From Scyliorhinus canicula (Eukaryota), in NCBI RefSeq assembly GCF_902713615.1, contig NC_052165.1, positions 4,188,784-4,252,783 of the forward strand: a DNA stretch of 64,000 nucleotides, given 5' to 3'. Both the position numbers and the translations under genes were made by a program. The notes beneath the pieces are model-generated. The model was not told the DNA's origin. It saw nothing but the letters and a program-made list of their open reading frames with translations, and ran no database searches. This document shows positions 1 to 13,164 of this stretch, in pieces; the stretch's first letter is position 1; each line of letters starts with the position of its first letter.

Positions 1-200
1 ATCCACCCTATACCCGTAACCCAACAACCCCCCCCCCCCCCCTTAACCTTACTTTTTAGGACACTACGGGCAATTTAGCATGGCCAATCCACCTAACCCG
101 CACATCTTTGGACTGTGGGAGGAAACCGGAGCACCCAGAGGAAACCCACGCACACACGGGGAGGACGTGCAGACTCCGCACAGACAGTGACCCAGCCGGG
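1..200 (-). mobile_element. HE1/V-SINE-type tRNA-derived SINE, partial
   Basis: Reverse complement of the central SINE domain (GGGTTTCCTC.GGGTGCTCCGGTTTCCTCCCACAGTCCAAAGATGTGC); near-identical to the copy at 21746-22090. Confidence 0.8.
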
Positions 201-2024
201 ACAATAACCTATACTTATCTTCAGGGTGACCGGCACTGTGCAAATGGATAAGGCCTTTATCTGGATTTCACGGCTGGTTCGAAGAATGTGGCTCTGTCTC
301 TGCTGGGCTCATGTGTCAGATAGCGATCGTTGGTCTTGAACTTAGCTGGCTGTTCCTGCTGCAATTGAGCTGGCACAGGCCGGATCCAAAAGAGACAGAG
401 CACATGGCTGCATCCTCTTTTATCCCTCTGGGATTTCGTGCTCTTTGGGGCAGTCCTTAACCTTGGACCCAATAGTTCGACAGGGTTCTGGTCACTGTCT
501 TCGATTTCGGCCAATAAAGGGGTGGGTGCCTTGGTGGATGGGCGGGTCCTTAGCGGTCATTGACCTTGGCAGTAGTGCTTTCTGAGTAAGGGGAGTGGCG
601 CCGATCAGTCTGTGGCTGTACCGGTTGCTTGATTGAAGTTCTATTGTCCTGGGAAAATGGGCCATTAAAATGCAAACGAGCGGGGGTTTCGATCAGGTCT
701 GGTTACCTGGTTACCTGTTTTCCGTTAAATAAGACACAATATGTAACATCTTAAAAATATACCTGTACTGCGCTTGTTGCTGCCTGACATGAGTTGCCAC
801 TTTGTGTCTCAGACAACAAACTTGCAAAGAAATCTAAAACTCAATTTCAAATCTATACAAATTTTATGATAGGTTCCGTTATGGACATGACACACCATTA
901 TCTTTTGAATCTGGTTCCAGTTATGAATTTCTACTGAGCTTTGGCAACCTGTCCAAGGATATAAACAGGAGAACCCGAAGTTGTTCATCAGTGAAACGGA
1001 TCAAACTAATTGAAATCTTCCCAGTTTCTGAAGGAAAAAAGGTGCATTTTCCCTCCCAACCAGCACTGTGGGTGTATCTACATCACGCAGTTCAAGAATG
1101 CAGCTCCCCATCACCTACTCACGGGCAATTAGGAATGGGTGGCATTTCTGGGTTACGGTGGAGATGTGGGCTTGGGGAGGGTGCTCTTTCCAAGGGCCGG
1201 TGCAGACTCGATGGGCCGAATGGCCTCCTTCTGCACTGTAAACTCTATGGTTCCTCAAATGTTTTCAACAATCCAACAGCTTAGTGTTAGGCCAGCCAGG
1301 GTTGTATTGATTCTAATAGACAAGTTGTATTATCTATAATAGGCTGTATAAGAATTTCAATTTAACTGGAATGTAATTAGCTTTGGAGAGAGAACGGTTT
1401 TGAGCAATATGATTGCTTAAAAGAAAATAGATATATAATTGGTTTATTGAAAGATCACCATGGCCACAGCTGCTGAATTGTGATGACAATATAAATCAAA
1501 AAATGTAATCATGATTCATGCCATGTGCAGTCATTAAAACAAAAATAAAGTATAAAGTAATTAGACAATTATGATTATTTTAGCATACAAATAAGTACAA
1601 TATGTTACAAAATGCAGGTCTCCGCCATTTACAGAATAGAAATGAAAAGTCTATTGCATTCTGCATTAAAGTCCATAGTTTATACGTTATCAGGTTGTTT
1701 TTATTTAGATGCTATTAATAAGTTTTATAAAGTAAAGCATTGGGCTGTATAGTAATCTATTCGTTCTGAATCTTATTGGGAGGATGTATTTTTAAAAATT
1801 TAACTCCATCTTTACTTTGGTGTGGTTGTAGCAAGAGGTGGGATTGAAGAATTTTCCAGTGAAGTCCAGACTGAGCTGTTACCACCTTCCAGCAGTACAC
1901 AAATCCAGGTGTTTGTGTGACTGGTACGCGTTACTCTGGGATTAATTTCAGTGCTCTTTTCTGAACACCCTGGGGCCTGTCCTTTGTCAAGTCCAGCGTT
2001 CCAAATAGGCGCTGCGCCTCCAAC

Positions 2025-4510
2025 AATGGGTCCTGAGTTACTGTTATACACAGTGAATGGGTCCTGAGTTAGTTATACACAGTGAATGGGTCCTGAGTTA
2101 CTGTTATACACAGTGAATGGGTCCTGAGTTACTGTTATACACAGTGAATGGGTCCTGAGTTAGTTATACACAGTGAATGGGTCCTGAGTTACTGTTATAC
2201 ACAGTGAATGGGTCCTGAGTTACTGTTATACACAGTGAATGGGTCCTGAGTTAGTTATATACAGTGAATGGGTCCTGAGATACTGTTATACACAGTGAAT
2301 GGGTCCTGAGTTACTGTTATACACAGTGAATGGGTCCTGAGTTAGTTATACACAGTGAATGGGTCCTGAATACTGTTATACACAGTGAATGGGTCCTGAG
2401 TTAGTTATACACAGTAAATGGGTCCTGAGTTACTGTTATACACAGTGAATGGGTCCTGAGTTACTGTTATACACAGTGAATGGGTCCTGAGTTAGTTATA
2501 CACAGTGAATGGGTCCTGAGTTACTGTTATACACAGTGAATGGGTCCTGAGTTAGTTATACACAGTGAATGGGTCCTGAGTTACTGTTATACACAGTGAA
2601 TGGGTCCTGAGTTAGTTATACACAGTGAATGGGTCCTGAGTTACTGTTATACACAGTGAATGGGTCCTGAGTTACTGTTATACACAGTGAATGGGTCCTG
2701 AGTTAGTTATACACAGTGAATGGGTCCTGAGTTACTGTTATACACAGTGAATGGGTCCTGAGTTACTGTTATACACAGTGAGTGGGTCCTGAGCTACTGT
2801 AATACACAGTGAATGGGTCCTGTGTTACTGTTATACACAGTGAATGGGTCCTGAGTTAGTTATACACAGTGAATGGGTCCTGAGTTAGTTATACACAGTG
2901 AATGGGTCCTGAGTTACTGTTATACACAGTGAATGGGTCCTGAGTTACTGTTATACACAGTGAGTGGGTCCTGAGCTACTGTAATACACAGTGAATGGGT
3001 CCTGTGTTACTGTTATACACAGTGAATGGGTCCTGAGTTAGTTATACACAGTGAATGGGTCCAGAGTTAGTTATACACAGTGAATGGGTCCTGAGTTACT
3101 GTTATACACAGTGAATGGGTCCTGAGTTACTGTTATACACAGTGAATGGGTCCTGAGTTACTGTTATATACAGTGAATGGGTCCTGAGTTAGTTATACAC
3201 AGTGAATGGGTCCTGAGTTACTGTTATACACAGTGAATGGGTCCTGAGTTACTGTTATACACAGTGAATGGGTCCTGAGTTAGTTATACACAGTGAATGG
3301 GTCCTGAGTTAGTTATACACAGTGAATGGGTCCTGAGTTAGTGTTATACACAGTGAATGGGTCCTGAGTTAGTTATACACAGTGAATGGGTCCTGAGTTA
3401 CTGTTATACACAGTGAATGGGTCCTGAGTTACTGTTATACACAGTGAATGGGTCCTGAGTTAGTTATACACGGTGAATGGGTCCTGAGTTACTGTTATAC
3501 ACAGTGAATGGGTCCTGAGTTACTGTTATACACAGTGAATGGGTCCTGAGTTAGTTATACACAGTGAATGGGTCCTGAGTTACTGTTATACACAGTGAAT
3601 GGGTCCTGAGTTACTGTTATACACAGTGAATGGGTCCTGTGTTACTGTTATACACAGTGAATGGGTCCTGAGTTAGTTATACACAGTGAATGGGTCCAGA
3701 GTTAGTTATACACAGTGAATGGGTCCTGAGTTACTGTTATACACAGTGAATGGGTCCTGAGTTACTGTTATATACAGTGAATGGGTCCTGAGTTAGTTAT
3801 ACACAGTGACTGGGTCCTGAGTTACTGTTATACACAGTGAATGGGTCCTGAGTTACTGTTATACACAGTGAATGGGTCCTGAGTTAGTTATACACAGTGA
3901 ATGGGTCCTGAGTTAGTTATACACAGTGAATGGGTCCTGAGTTAGTGTTATACACAGTGAATGGGTCCTGAGTTAGTTATACACAGTGAATGGGTCCTGA
4001 GTTACTGTTATACACAGTGAATGGGTCCTGAGTTAGTGTTATACACAGTGAATGGGTCCTGAGTTACTGTTATACACAGTGAATGGGTCCTGAGTTAGTT
4101 ATACACAGTGAATGGGTCCTGAGTTAGTTATACACAGTGAATGGGTCCTGAGTTAGTGTTATACACAGTGAATGGGTCCTGAGTTAGTTATACACAGTGA
4201 ATGGGTCCTGAGTTACTGTTATACACAGTGAATGGGTCCTGAGTTAGTGTTATACACAGTGAATGGGTCCTGAGTTAGTTATACACAGTGAATGGGTCCT
4301 GAGTTACTGTTATACACAGTGAATGGGTCCTGAGTTACTGTTATACACAGTGAATGGGTCCTGAGTTAGTTATACACAGTGAATGGGTCCTGAGTTAGTG
4401 TTATACACAGTGAATGGGTCCTGAGTTAGTTATACACAGTGAATGGGTCCTGAGTTAGTTATACACAGTGAATGGGTCCTGAGTTACTGTTATACACAGT
4501 GAATGGGTCC
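2025..4510. repeat. Minisatellite, 31-bp unit GTGAATGGGTCCTGAGTTACTGTTATACACA interspersed with a 29-bp variant lacking CT; about 80 units
   Basis: Direct tandem periodicity, no unique spacers. Confidence 0.97.
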
Positions 4511-5170
4511 GTTTGATATATGTTGGGATGCTTGAGAAGAATTTTCATTTGCTCGCGTGCATATCTTAGTCACCTCACTGGAGATCACGTTCTGAATGTT
4601 CATTCCTATTAGTTGAATGTGCTTGTTGCACAATCTCGCCGTTGTCTAAATTAGAGAGCGGGGTGTACATGAATCTAATTCCAAAGCATTTGTATTTTTC
4701 AGGGTTCTGTCTCACCTGATTCGCTGTTGCCCCTTCACTCAATGACATGATCGCCCCTGGCACGTAAACTGTGTCGTCTTGATTATGACACTTCAAGAGG
4801 GTCAGATCACTCCCATCCCTTTGTGGCGATGATCAGGCATGGCGATATCGAGCCAGGAGTTAAAAAGAAATGAAAATGGACAGAATGACTAGTTGTGAGA
4901 TTTTATGCCTGTAACAATGCTCTGGTTATCTGTAATTGCAAAGTCACACGCTACCGTTAACAGTCACTGTGAGCTGAGAAACCCATTCTTATATTGTCGG
5001 TGCAGGAGAGCGAACATCAAGCAATGTTAAAGCAGATAGCTCTGTCCCATAGGTTCATGTGACCATCCCGCTCATTTGCAAGGAGAGGTCTTTGTGTGCG
5101 TGTTCAGGATGCTATTATTACCCTTTCAAAAACCATGCTGGCTCTGCCTGATTGCATTATGATTTTCAAA

Positions 5171-5665
5171 GGGTGGCACGATAGCACAGTGGTTAGCCAT
5201 GATGCTTCACAGCTCCAGGATTTTGGCTCACGGTCGGTGCAGAGTCTGCACGTTCTCCCAGTGTCTGCGTGGGTTTCCTCCGGGTGCTCCGGCTTCCTCC
5301 CACAGTCCAAAGATGTGCAGGTTAGGTGGATTGGCCATGCTAAATTGCCCTTTGTGTCCAAAAAGGGTAAGTGGGGTTACTGGAATGGGGAGGAAATGAA
5401 ATGAAAATCGCTTATTGTCACAAGTAGGCTTCAATGAAGTTACTGTGAAAAGCCCCTAGTCGCCACATTCCGGCGCCTGTCCGGGGAGGCTGGTACGGGA
5501 ATCGAACCGTGCTGCTGGCCTGCTTGGTCTGCTTTTAAAGCCAGCGGTTTAGCCTGGTGAGCTAAACCAGCCCCTTTATTTAACGAGGTGTGGGTTCGGC
5601 TCGTTCTGGGGGCCGGTGCAGACTTGATGGGCCGAATGACCTTCTGCACTGTAAATTCTATGATT
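5171..5665 (+). mobile_element. HE1-type SINE interrupted by a second SINE
   Basis: tRNA-like head GGGTGGCACGATAGCACAGTGG, V-domain, and CR1-like tail GATGGGCCGAATGACCTTCTGCACTGTAAATTCTATG; interrupted at about 5396-5574. Confidence 0.75.
5396..5574 (-). mobile_element. tRNA-derived SINE of a second family with a (CATTT)n-type tail
   Basis: B-box GGTTCGATTCCC on - strand; body AAGTTACTGTGAAAAGCCCCTAGTCGCCAC recurs near 9780-9930, 15977-16147 and 21580-21670. Confidence 0.7.
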
Positions 5666-5689
5666 TTATGAAAATGTTCTGCTACTACT

Positions 5690-5900
5690 TTTTTTAAAAT
5701 AAATTTTATTATTTTTTTTCCAATTAAGGGGCAATTTAGCGTGGCCAATTCACCGGCCCTGCACATCTTTGGGTTGTAGGGGTGAAACCCATGCAAACAA
5801 GGTGAGAATGTGCAAATTCCAGGCAGTAACCCAGGGCTGGGATCGAACCTGGGTCTTCAGCACCATAGGCAGCAGTGCTAACCACTGCACCACCTTGCCA
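5690..5900 (-). mobile_element. Short HE1-related SINE with A-rich tail
   Basis: GGGCAATTTAGCGTGGCCAAT...GATCGAACCTGGG...GCTAACCACTGCACCACC; a similar copy lies at 23237-23468. Confidence 0.65.
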
Positions 5901-7470
5901 CCCACCTGCTACTACTTTGTTGATAAAGGATTCTAACATTTTCTCAATGGCAGATGTTGGACTAACTGGCCTACATTTTCCTGATTTCTGTCCCCCTCCT
6001 TACCTTGAATCAAGGTGTTCCATTTGTGATTTACTGGGTCCTCAGGTTAAATCACCACCAGTCAGCTCTCCCCCTCAAAGGGAAAGCAGCCTCTGGTCAT
6101 CTGGGACTATGGAGACTTTACTTACATACATACTATTCGCTGGGACCATTTTAGAATCCAAGGAATTTTGGAAGATTGCAGCCAATGTATCCACTATCTC
6201 TACTGCCTATTTTTGAAAAATCCCAGGATGTAGGCCATCTGCTCTGAGGAACATGCCACAGGTTCCCAGTGATTTTATTTCTCTCGTGATATATGTTGCT
6301 TTAAGTTCCTCCCTTCCTGCTCCGGATCTGATTAACATGGTCTTTGAGGAATTTGATGAGAGCTTGTACAGGTCGGAGCCACCCGGGGGAGACCGGGAGA
6401 TGCTGGAATTTCTAGAAGGGTTGGAGTACCCGAGGCTAGGGGAGGGGGACAGTGCTACATTAGAAGGAGCAATAGGGGAGCAGGAGATAAAGGATGCGAT
6501 TGGGAGGATGAAGTCGGGGAAGGTGACAGGGCCGGATGGGTTTCCGGTGGAATATTATAAAAATTCAAGAATAAGCTGGCACCCCTGATGATGGGGATGT
6601 TTGAAGAGGCGATAGGGAAGGGGGTATTGCCACAAACTTTGGGGCAGGCATCGATTTCACTGTTGCTAAAAAAAGATAAGGACCCCGCAGGGTGTGGGTC
6701 GTATAATCCCATATCACTTCTTAATGTGGACGCAAAGGTATTGGCGAAGGTACTGGCAGGTAGGCTGGAGGAGTGATCCCGAAGGTAATAGGTGAAGATC
6801 AGACGGGGTTTGTGAGAGGGAGGCAGCTCTTTTCAATCGTTAGAAGGGTATTGAACGTCGTTATGGCACCAGCAGAGGGGAAGGAAACAGAGGTGGTTGT
6901 GGCATTGGACGCTGAGAAGGCGTTTGACCAGGTAGAATGGGGGTACCTGATGGCAGTTCTGGAGCGGTTTGGGATTGGACCAAGATTTGGGGGCTCCGCA
7001 GCTACAAAATCTCTAGTTTGGTGGGGAGAGTGAAAGCTGACCTGGCGAGGTGGGATGGTCTCCCTCTGTCACTGGCGGGTCAGGTACAGGCGGTTAAAAT
7101 GAACATGTTGCCGCGATTTCTGTTTATTTTTCAATGCCTGCCGATTTTCCTGCCAAGGCTTTTTTCAGAGAGATTGAGGGAAGGATTACTTCGTTCATAT
7201 GGGGAGGGAAGGTGGCCAGAGTTAGAAAGGTGCTGCTACAGAGGGGAAGGCAGGCAGGGGGTTTGGGTCTTCCGAACCTGATGTATTATTACTGGGCGGC
7301 GAATGTGGAGAATGTGCGGAGCTGGGTCAGAGGGGTTGATTCCCAGTGGGTCAGAATGGAGGAGAGTTTGTGCAGGGGGTCGGAATTGAAAGCACTAGCA
7401 ACAGCACTGCTCCCAATGGCCAAGGGGAAATACTCAGGGAGTCCGGCAATAATAGCTTCATTGAGAATTT

Positions 7471-7614
7471 AGATGTGGAGATGCCGGCGTTGGACTGGGG
7501 TAAGCACAGTAAGAAGGATACCTCTTCATTCACCTGAGGAAGGAGCAGTGCTCCGAAAGCTAGTGTTTGAAACAAACATGTTGGACTTTAACCTGGTGGT
7601 GTAAGACTTCTTAC
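7471..7614. mobile_element. Penelope-like (PLE) pseudo-LTR insert nested in L1
   Basis: Interrupts L1 codons LRI|WRQ with target duplication TGAGAATTT (7462-7470 and 7615-7623); inverted AGTAAGAAG/CTTCTTACT; contains a hammerhead core. Confidence 0.7.
7531..7565 (+). ncRNA. Minimal type I hammerhead ribozyme motif
   Basis: CAC-CUGAGGA-A-GGAGC(AGU)GCUCC-GAAA-GC-UA-GUG: both conserved core boxes, 5-bp stem II, palindromic AGCU in place of stem III, stem I CAC/GUG. Confidence 0.7.
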
Positions 7615-9932
7615 TGAGAATTTGGAGGCAGTTTCGCCAACGGGTTGGGGGCAGGGTCAAGGGAAATGCCGATTCGGGGAACCACAGATTTGAGCCAGGG
7701 AGGTGGGATGGAAATTTTCGGAAATGGGAGGAGAAGGGGATTAAGACACTAAAAGATTTGTTTCTTCGGGGTCGGTTTGCAGGATTGAAGAAGCTGGAAG
7801 CAAAGTATGGGCTGGAGCAGGGAGAAATGTTTAGATACATGCAGGTTTGAGATTTTGCCAGAAAGGACATACAGAGCTTCCCAGAGGAGCCGGCCTCCAC
7901 ATTGCTGGAGGAGGTGCTGACGACAGGGGGACTGGAGAAGGGGCAGTGTCGGCAGTTTACGGAGCTATTTTGGAAGAGGAGAAGGCACCACTGGAAGGGA
8001 TCAAAGCAAAGTGGGAGGAAGAGTTGGGAGAGGATATGGAGATGGGGTTCTGGTGTGAGGTGCCTCCACCTCGTGAGCGAGGTTGGGGCTCATACAGCTG
8101 AAGGTGGTATACAGGGCACACCTCACGAGGGCGAGGATTAGCCGATTCTTTGAAGGAGTAGAAGATGTGTGCGAACATTGCGGGGGGGAACCCGCTAATC
8201 ACGTTCATATGTTTTGGTCCTGTCCAAAGCTAGAGGATTACTGGAAGGAGGTTTTTAAGATAATTTTTAAAGTGGTGCACGTGAAACTGGACCCGGGTCC
8301 CCGGGAGGCCATATTCGGGGTGTCGGACCGGCCAGGGTGGAAGGCAGATGTTATAGCCTTCGCCTCGTTGATCGCCCGAAGGCAGATCCTGATAGGTTGA
8401 AGAGCAACCTCTCCACCCTGTGCCCTGGCGTGGCGGGGGGACCTGTTGGAATTCTTGACTCCTGAGAAGGTTAAGTTTGAACTGAGGGGAAGGATGGAGG
8501 GGTTCTACAATTCATGGGCATTATTCATTATGCACTTTCAAGAACTGGATAACATCGAACATTAGTTGGGGCGGGTGGATGGGAGGGATGGGGGAAGGGG
8601 GGATTGTGTGTGTTAATGGAGACTATGGGTGATCCCTAATTCCTTTTTGTCATTTGTTTGTGTGAACATGTGAGCTGATGTTTGGGGTTTGGTGGGAGGA
8701 TGGGATCGTTGTTATTGATATGGGGATTGACATATTTGTTCCTGATTATTGTTTATTGTTGGTGGGTGTAAATTTGGGAAAAAATGTGAAGAAGGAGAAT
8801 AAAAAATATTTTTTAAAAAGTTCCTCCCTTCCTTTTACCTCTTGGTTTTGTATTCTGCAGTTTGGAAATGGAGTGATCCATTAGAATAGGATTGTAATTC
8901 TTGGACACATTGTACACTTTGAATACAGTAAACTGAATAGTTCTTAATCTAAAGATTTTTCTTTCTCACTAAATGTGTAACAATTTCCTTCATGTTGATC
9001 ACTCTCCTTAATGCCCCTTAAGACAACTACCAAAGCATGCTCCCACTTTCTGTTTTATTCCCATTAGTTAGAATCAGCTGTTCATCCCAATAATTTATGT
9101 GCAGTTAATTTACCTTTTAAGCTACTTTTAAACGAATTCTGTACAAAGTCCAATTGGCGTAGTTATGTCCATTTTCCATTTTACATTGTCCGATATTGAC
9201 TATATCTCACTGGTCTGTCGTAAACATTCTTACAAAGAGGTTGGAATTAGCAAAATGACATCTCTGAAAATACAACAAATAACTCTTTAAACATGTGGTA
9301 AACATTTTTAATGCTCCAGTACAGATGTTGCCTACAATGCTGAAACTAAGGCAAACAAAAGGTATGCAAACCAGGACATATTTCTTGGCGTAGGCTAAAG
9401 GAAAATGTATGTAATAAGATATTTGTGAGAGTATGAATTGATTTGTTTGCCGTTTGATAATGAGCAATACTTTGTGGAAACAACCTCGTTTCTTTCATGC
9501 AATAAGAAAGTGTAGCTGAAAAAAAATTCAAGACTGAGTACACAAGCTGCTTCAAGCATTTCATGAATTTCAAATGATCCACCCACTTATACCCTACCTC
9601 GTTCATCAGTGTAACCATAATAATAGTCTTTTGTTTACATGCCAAATTTACAAATCAAAATACATGTTGTTGGTAACAGAACATTATGTCAGGCCATTTG
9701 TTTTGCATTTATGGAAGCACTTACTTTTAGGCAAGAACATAAGAAATAAGAGCAGGAGTCGGCAATTAATAATAATTTAATTATTATCACAAGTTGGCTT
9801 ACATTAACACTACAATGTACTGTGAAATCTCCTAGTCGCCACACCCCGGCGCCTGCTTCAGTACACTGAGGGAGAATTCAGAATGTCCAATTCACCTAAC
9901 AAGCACGTCTTTCGGGGCGTCTGGAAGGAAAC

Positions 9933-10640
9933 CTGATAGAGTTTTATAAGATGATCAGGGGAATAGATAGAGTAGACAGTCAGAGACTTTTTCCCCGGGT
10001 GGAACAAACCATTACAAGGGAACATAAATTTAAGGTGAATGGTGGAAGATATAGGGGGGATGTCAGAGGTAGGTTCTTTACCCAGAGAGTAGTGGGGGCA
10101 TGGAATGCACTGCCTGTGGAAGTAGTTGAGTCGGAAACATTAGGGACCTTCAAGCGGCTATTGGATTATGGTAGAATAATGGAGTGTAGATTAATTTGTT
10201 CTTAACGGCAGCACGGTAGCATTGTGGATAGCACAATTGCTTCACAGCTCCAGAGTCCCAGGTTCGATTCCGGCTTGGGTCACTGTCTGTGCGGAGTCTG
10301 CACATCCTCCCCGTGTGTGCGTGGGTTTCTTCCGGGTGCTCCGGTTTCCAACCACAGTCCAAAGATGTGCAGGTTAGGTGGATTGGCCATGATAAATTGC
10401 CCTTAGTGTCCAAAATTACACTTAGTGTTGGGTGGGGCTACTGGGTTATGGGGATAGGGTGGAGGTGTTGACCTCGGGTAGGGTGCTCTTTCCAAGAGCC
10501 GGTGCAGACTCGATGGGCCGAATGGCCTCCTAATGCACTGTAAATTCTATGGGAATCTATGATTAATCTAGGACAAAGGTTCAGCACAACATCGTGGGCC
10601 GAAGGACCTGTTCTGTGCTGTATTTTTCTATGTTCTATGT
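9933..10640 (+). mobile_element. CR1/HER1 LINE 3' end with an HE1 SINE (10207-10562) inside its 3' UTR
   Basis: ORF piece RFFTQRVVGAWNALP; SINE flanked by TTAA on both sides; terminal TTCTATG repeats. Confidence 0.8.
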
Positions 10641-10783
10641 AAACCGGAGCACCCGGAGGAAACCCACGTAGACACGGAGAGAACGTGCAGGCTCCGCACA
10701 GACAGTGACCCAAGTCGGGAATCAAACCCGGGACCCTGGCACTGTGAAGCAACATTGCTAACCATTGTGCTACCGTGCCGCCC
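10641..10783 (-). mobile_element. HE1-type SINE 5' half
   Basis: Reverse complement of head GGGCGGCACGGTAGCACAATGG and V-domain. Confidence 0.7.
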
Positions 10784-13164
10784 ATATCAGTCCCTCAGGC
10801 CTGCGCCGACAGTCAACATGACCATGGCTGATCTCAGCTCAGCCTCATCCCCACCTTCCTGCCTGCTCTCCATAACCCCTCACCCTGCTAATAATTAAAT
10901 CCTACTATTAATTAAAAACTTATTCATCTCCTCAAAGTTGTTTAGGGTTCCGGCGTCCATGGCACTCTGGGAGAGAATTACACAGATTCATGGGTGAAAT
11001 AACTCTTCCTCATTTCTGTTTTAAATCTGTCACCCTTTAGCCTAAAACTATGGCATCCAACAAGGGGAAACACCCACCCTACATCTACCCTATCAATCCC
11101 CTTTAACATTTATATATCTCAATTAGATCTCTTATTCTTCTAAACTCACAGCGAGTATAGGCCCAAACTACTCTATCTGTCTTCATAAGAAAATTCCTTC
11201 ATCCCGGGAATAAATCTAGTGAACCATCTCTGACCATCTCTAATGCATGTACATCCTTCCTCAAGTAAGGGGACAAAACTGTGCGCAGTACTCCAGATGC
11301 GATCTCAACAATGCCCTGTACAGATGCAACAGCAGTCCCTTTATACTCCAATTCCATTCGCAATGAAGCCAAAATTTCATTTTTCTTATTACCTGATGCA
11401 CCTGCATACTAACCTTCTGCGATTCATGCATGAGTACACCCAGATCCCTCTACACCGAAGCATTTTGAAGTTTCTTTCCATTTATATAAGTTGTCTTTTT
11501 ATTCCTCCAACCAAAATGCATAACTTCACACTTATCAACGTTAAATTCCATCTGCCAAATTTTGGTACACTCACCTCACCTATCTATATCTGTTTGTAAA
11601 TGTCTTATTTCCTCATTGCAACTTGTTTTCCCACCTGTTTTACCGTCAGCTGTAAATTTTGTACAGTGCCTTCTAGTCACGTATCCAAGTCATTAATATA
11701 GATTATAAATAGTTGGGGTCCGAGGATGAAACCATCTGGCACACCACTTGCCAACAAGAAAAAGACCCATGATGCCCACTCTCTGCTTTCTGTCAGTTAG
11801 CCAATCCTCTATTCAAGCTATATATTACCCCCAACCCCGTGAGATCTTACCTTGTCTATTAACCTTTTGTGTGGCACCTTAACAAGTCTTCTGGAAGTTC
11901 AGATATACTACATCTACTGGACCCCCCATTATCCACTTTGCTTGTTACATCTTCGAAGAACTGTAGCAAAATGGTCAAACATGATTTACCCTTCATAAAA
12001 CCATGCTGACTCTGATGGATTGCGCTATGACTTTCCAAATGTCCCACTACTACTTCCTTAATAATGGATTCCAACAATTCCCCAAATACAGACATTAAAC
12101 TAACAATCTATAATTTCTTACATTAGCCTTTTTCCAATTCACTTGAACCTTTCCAGAATCCAGGGAATCTTAGAATATTATGACCAGTGCCTCCACTATC
12201 TCTGCTGCCACCTCCTTTAAGACCCTAGGATGTAGGTCATCAGGCCCTGGGGACTTGTCTGTCTTTAATCCGTTAATTGCTCAGTACTTTTCCACAGTGA
12301 TCACAATTGTTTTAAGTTCCTCCTTTTCAACAACTTCTGCATTACCTGTTACTATTGGGGTGATTCCAGTATCCTCACTGTGAAAACCAAGCCAAAATAT
12401 TGATTTAGTGTCTCTGCCATTTCTGTGCTCGCCAGTCTCGTCTTTTATACTTATAGAATGTTTTGCTATCCGTTTTTATATTTTATGTTAGATTTCTTGC
12501 TTTATTTTTTATTACTTTCTTAGTAACCTTTTTTTTGGCCATTAAAAGTTTCCAATCCTCCAGCCTGCTATGAACTTTCAAAATGGTATGCCTTCGTTTT
12601 TGCCTTTATGTTGGCTTTTACCTTCTTGCTTAGCCACAGAAGCATTTACCTCCTCTTACAATCTTTCTTCCTTTCTGGAATATATTTTAGTTGGGAGGAG
12701 TTGAATATCTCCCTAATTGTCTGCCACTGTTCATCAACTGTCCTACCTTTTAGTCTTCCATCCAGTCCACTAGGGTCAAATCTGTGCTCATGCCTACGTA
12801 AGTACCTTGGTTTAGCACCAGAACTCAGGTTTATTGCCCTCAAACTGAAATTCAAGCATGCAATGATCACTCTTCCCTAGAGGATCCTTTACTACAAGAT
12901 CATTAATTAATTCCATTTCATTACACAATACAAAATCCAAACTAGCCTGCTCCCTGGTTGGTTTGACGACATTTTGTTCCAAGAAACTCTATGAACTCTC
13001 CCTTGAGGCTACCCTTGCCAATTTGATTAATCCAGTCTAAATGCACATTAAAATCACCCGTGATTATTGTCGTTCCTTTTTTTACAAGCCCACTGTATTT
13101 CCTACTTTACAATGTGTCCTACTCTGGGACCACTATAAGAGGACATATAGATTACTCCCACCAT

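Larger units (their letters stand above)
6319..8817 (+). mobile_element. 5'-truncated, internally deleted L1-clade LINE (ORF2 RT to C-terminal CCHC)
   Basis: ORF pieces GPDGFP, YNPISLLNVDAK, LDAEKAFD, CEHC..HVHMFWSCP; AATAAA plus A-tail; 16-bp TSD AAGTTCCTCCCTTCCT at 6303-6318 and 8818-8833. Confidence 0.9.

Noticed and set aside
200-760. Possible minus-strand LTR pieces (also 15029-15500, 22135-22430, 24760-25025)
   Set aside because: LTR-like composition, but no paired ends, TSD or internal sequence could be established.
2025-4510. CRISPR-like 29-31 bp repeats
   Set aside because: No unique spacers, no cas genes, eukaryotic context; this is an ordinary VNTR.
5171-5250. tRNA genes at SINE heads
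   Set aside because: A/B-box-like heads continue into SINE bodies and do not form complete cloverleafs.
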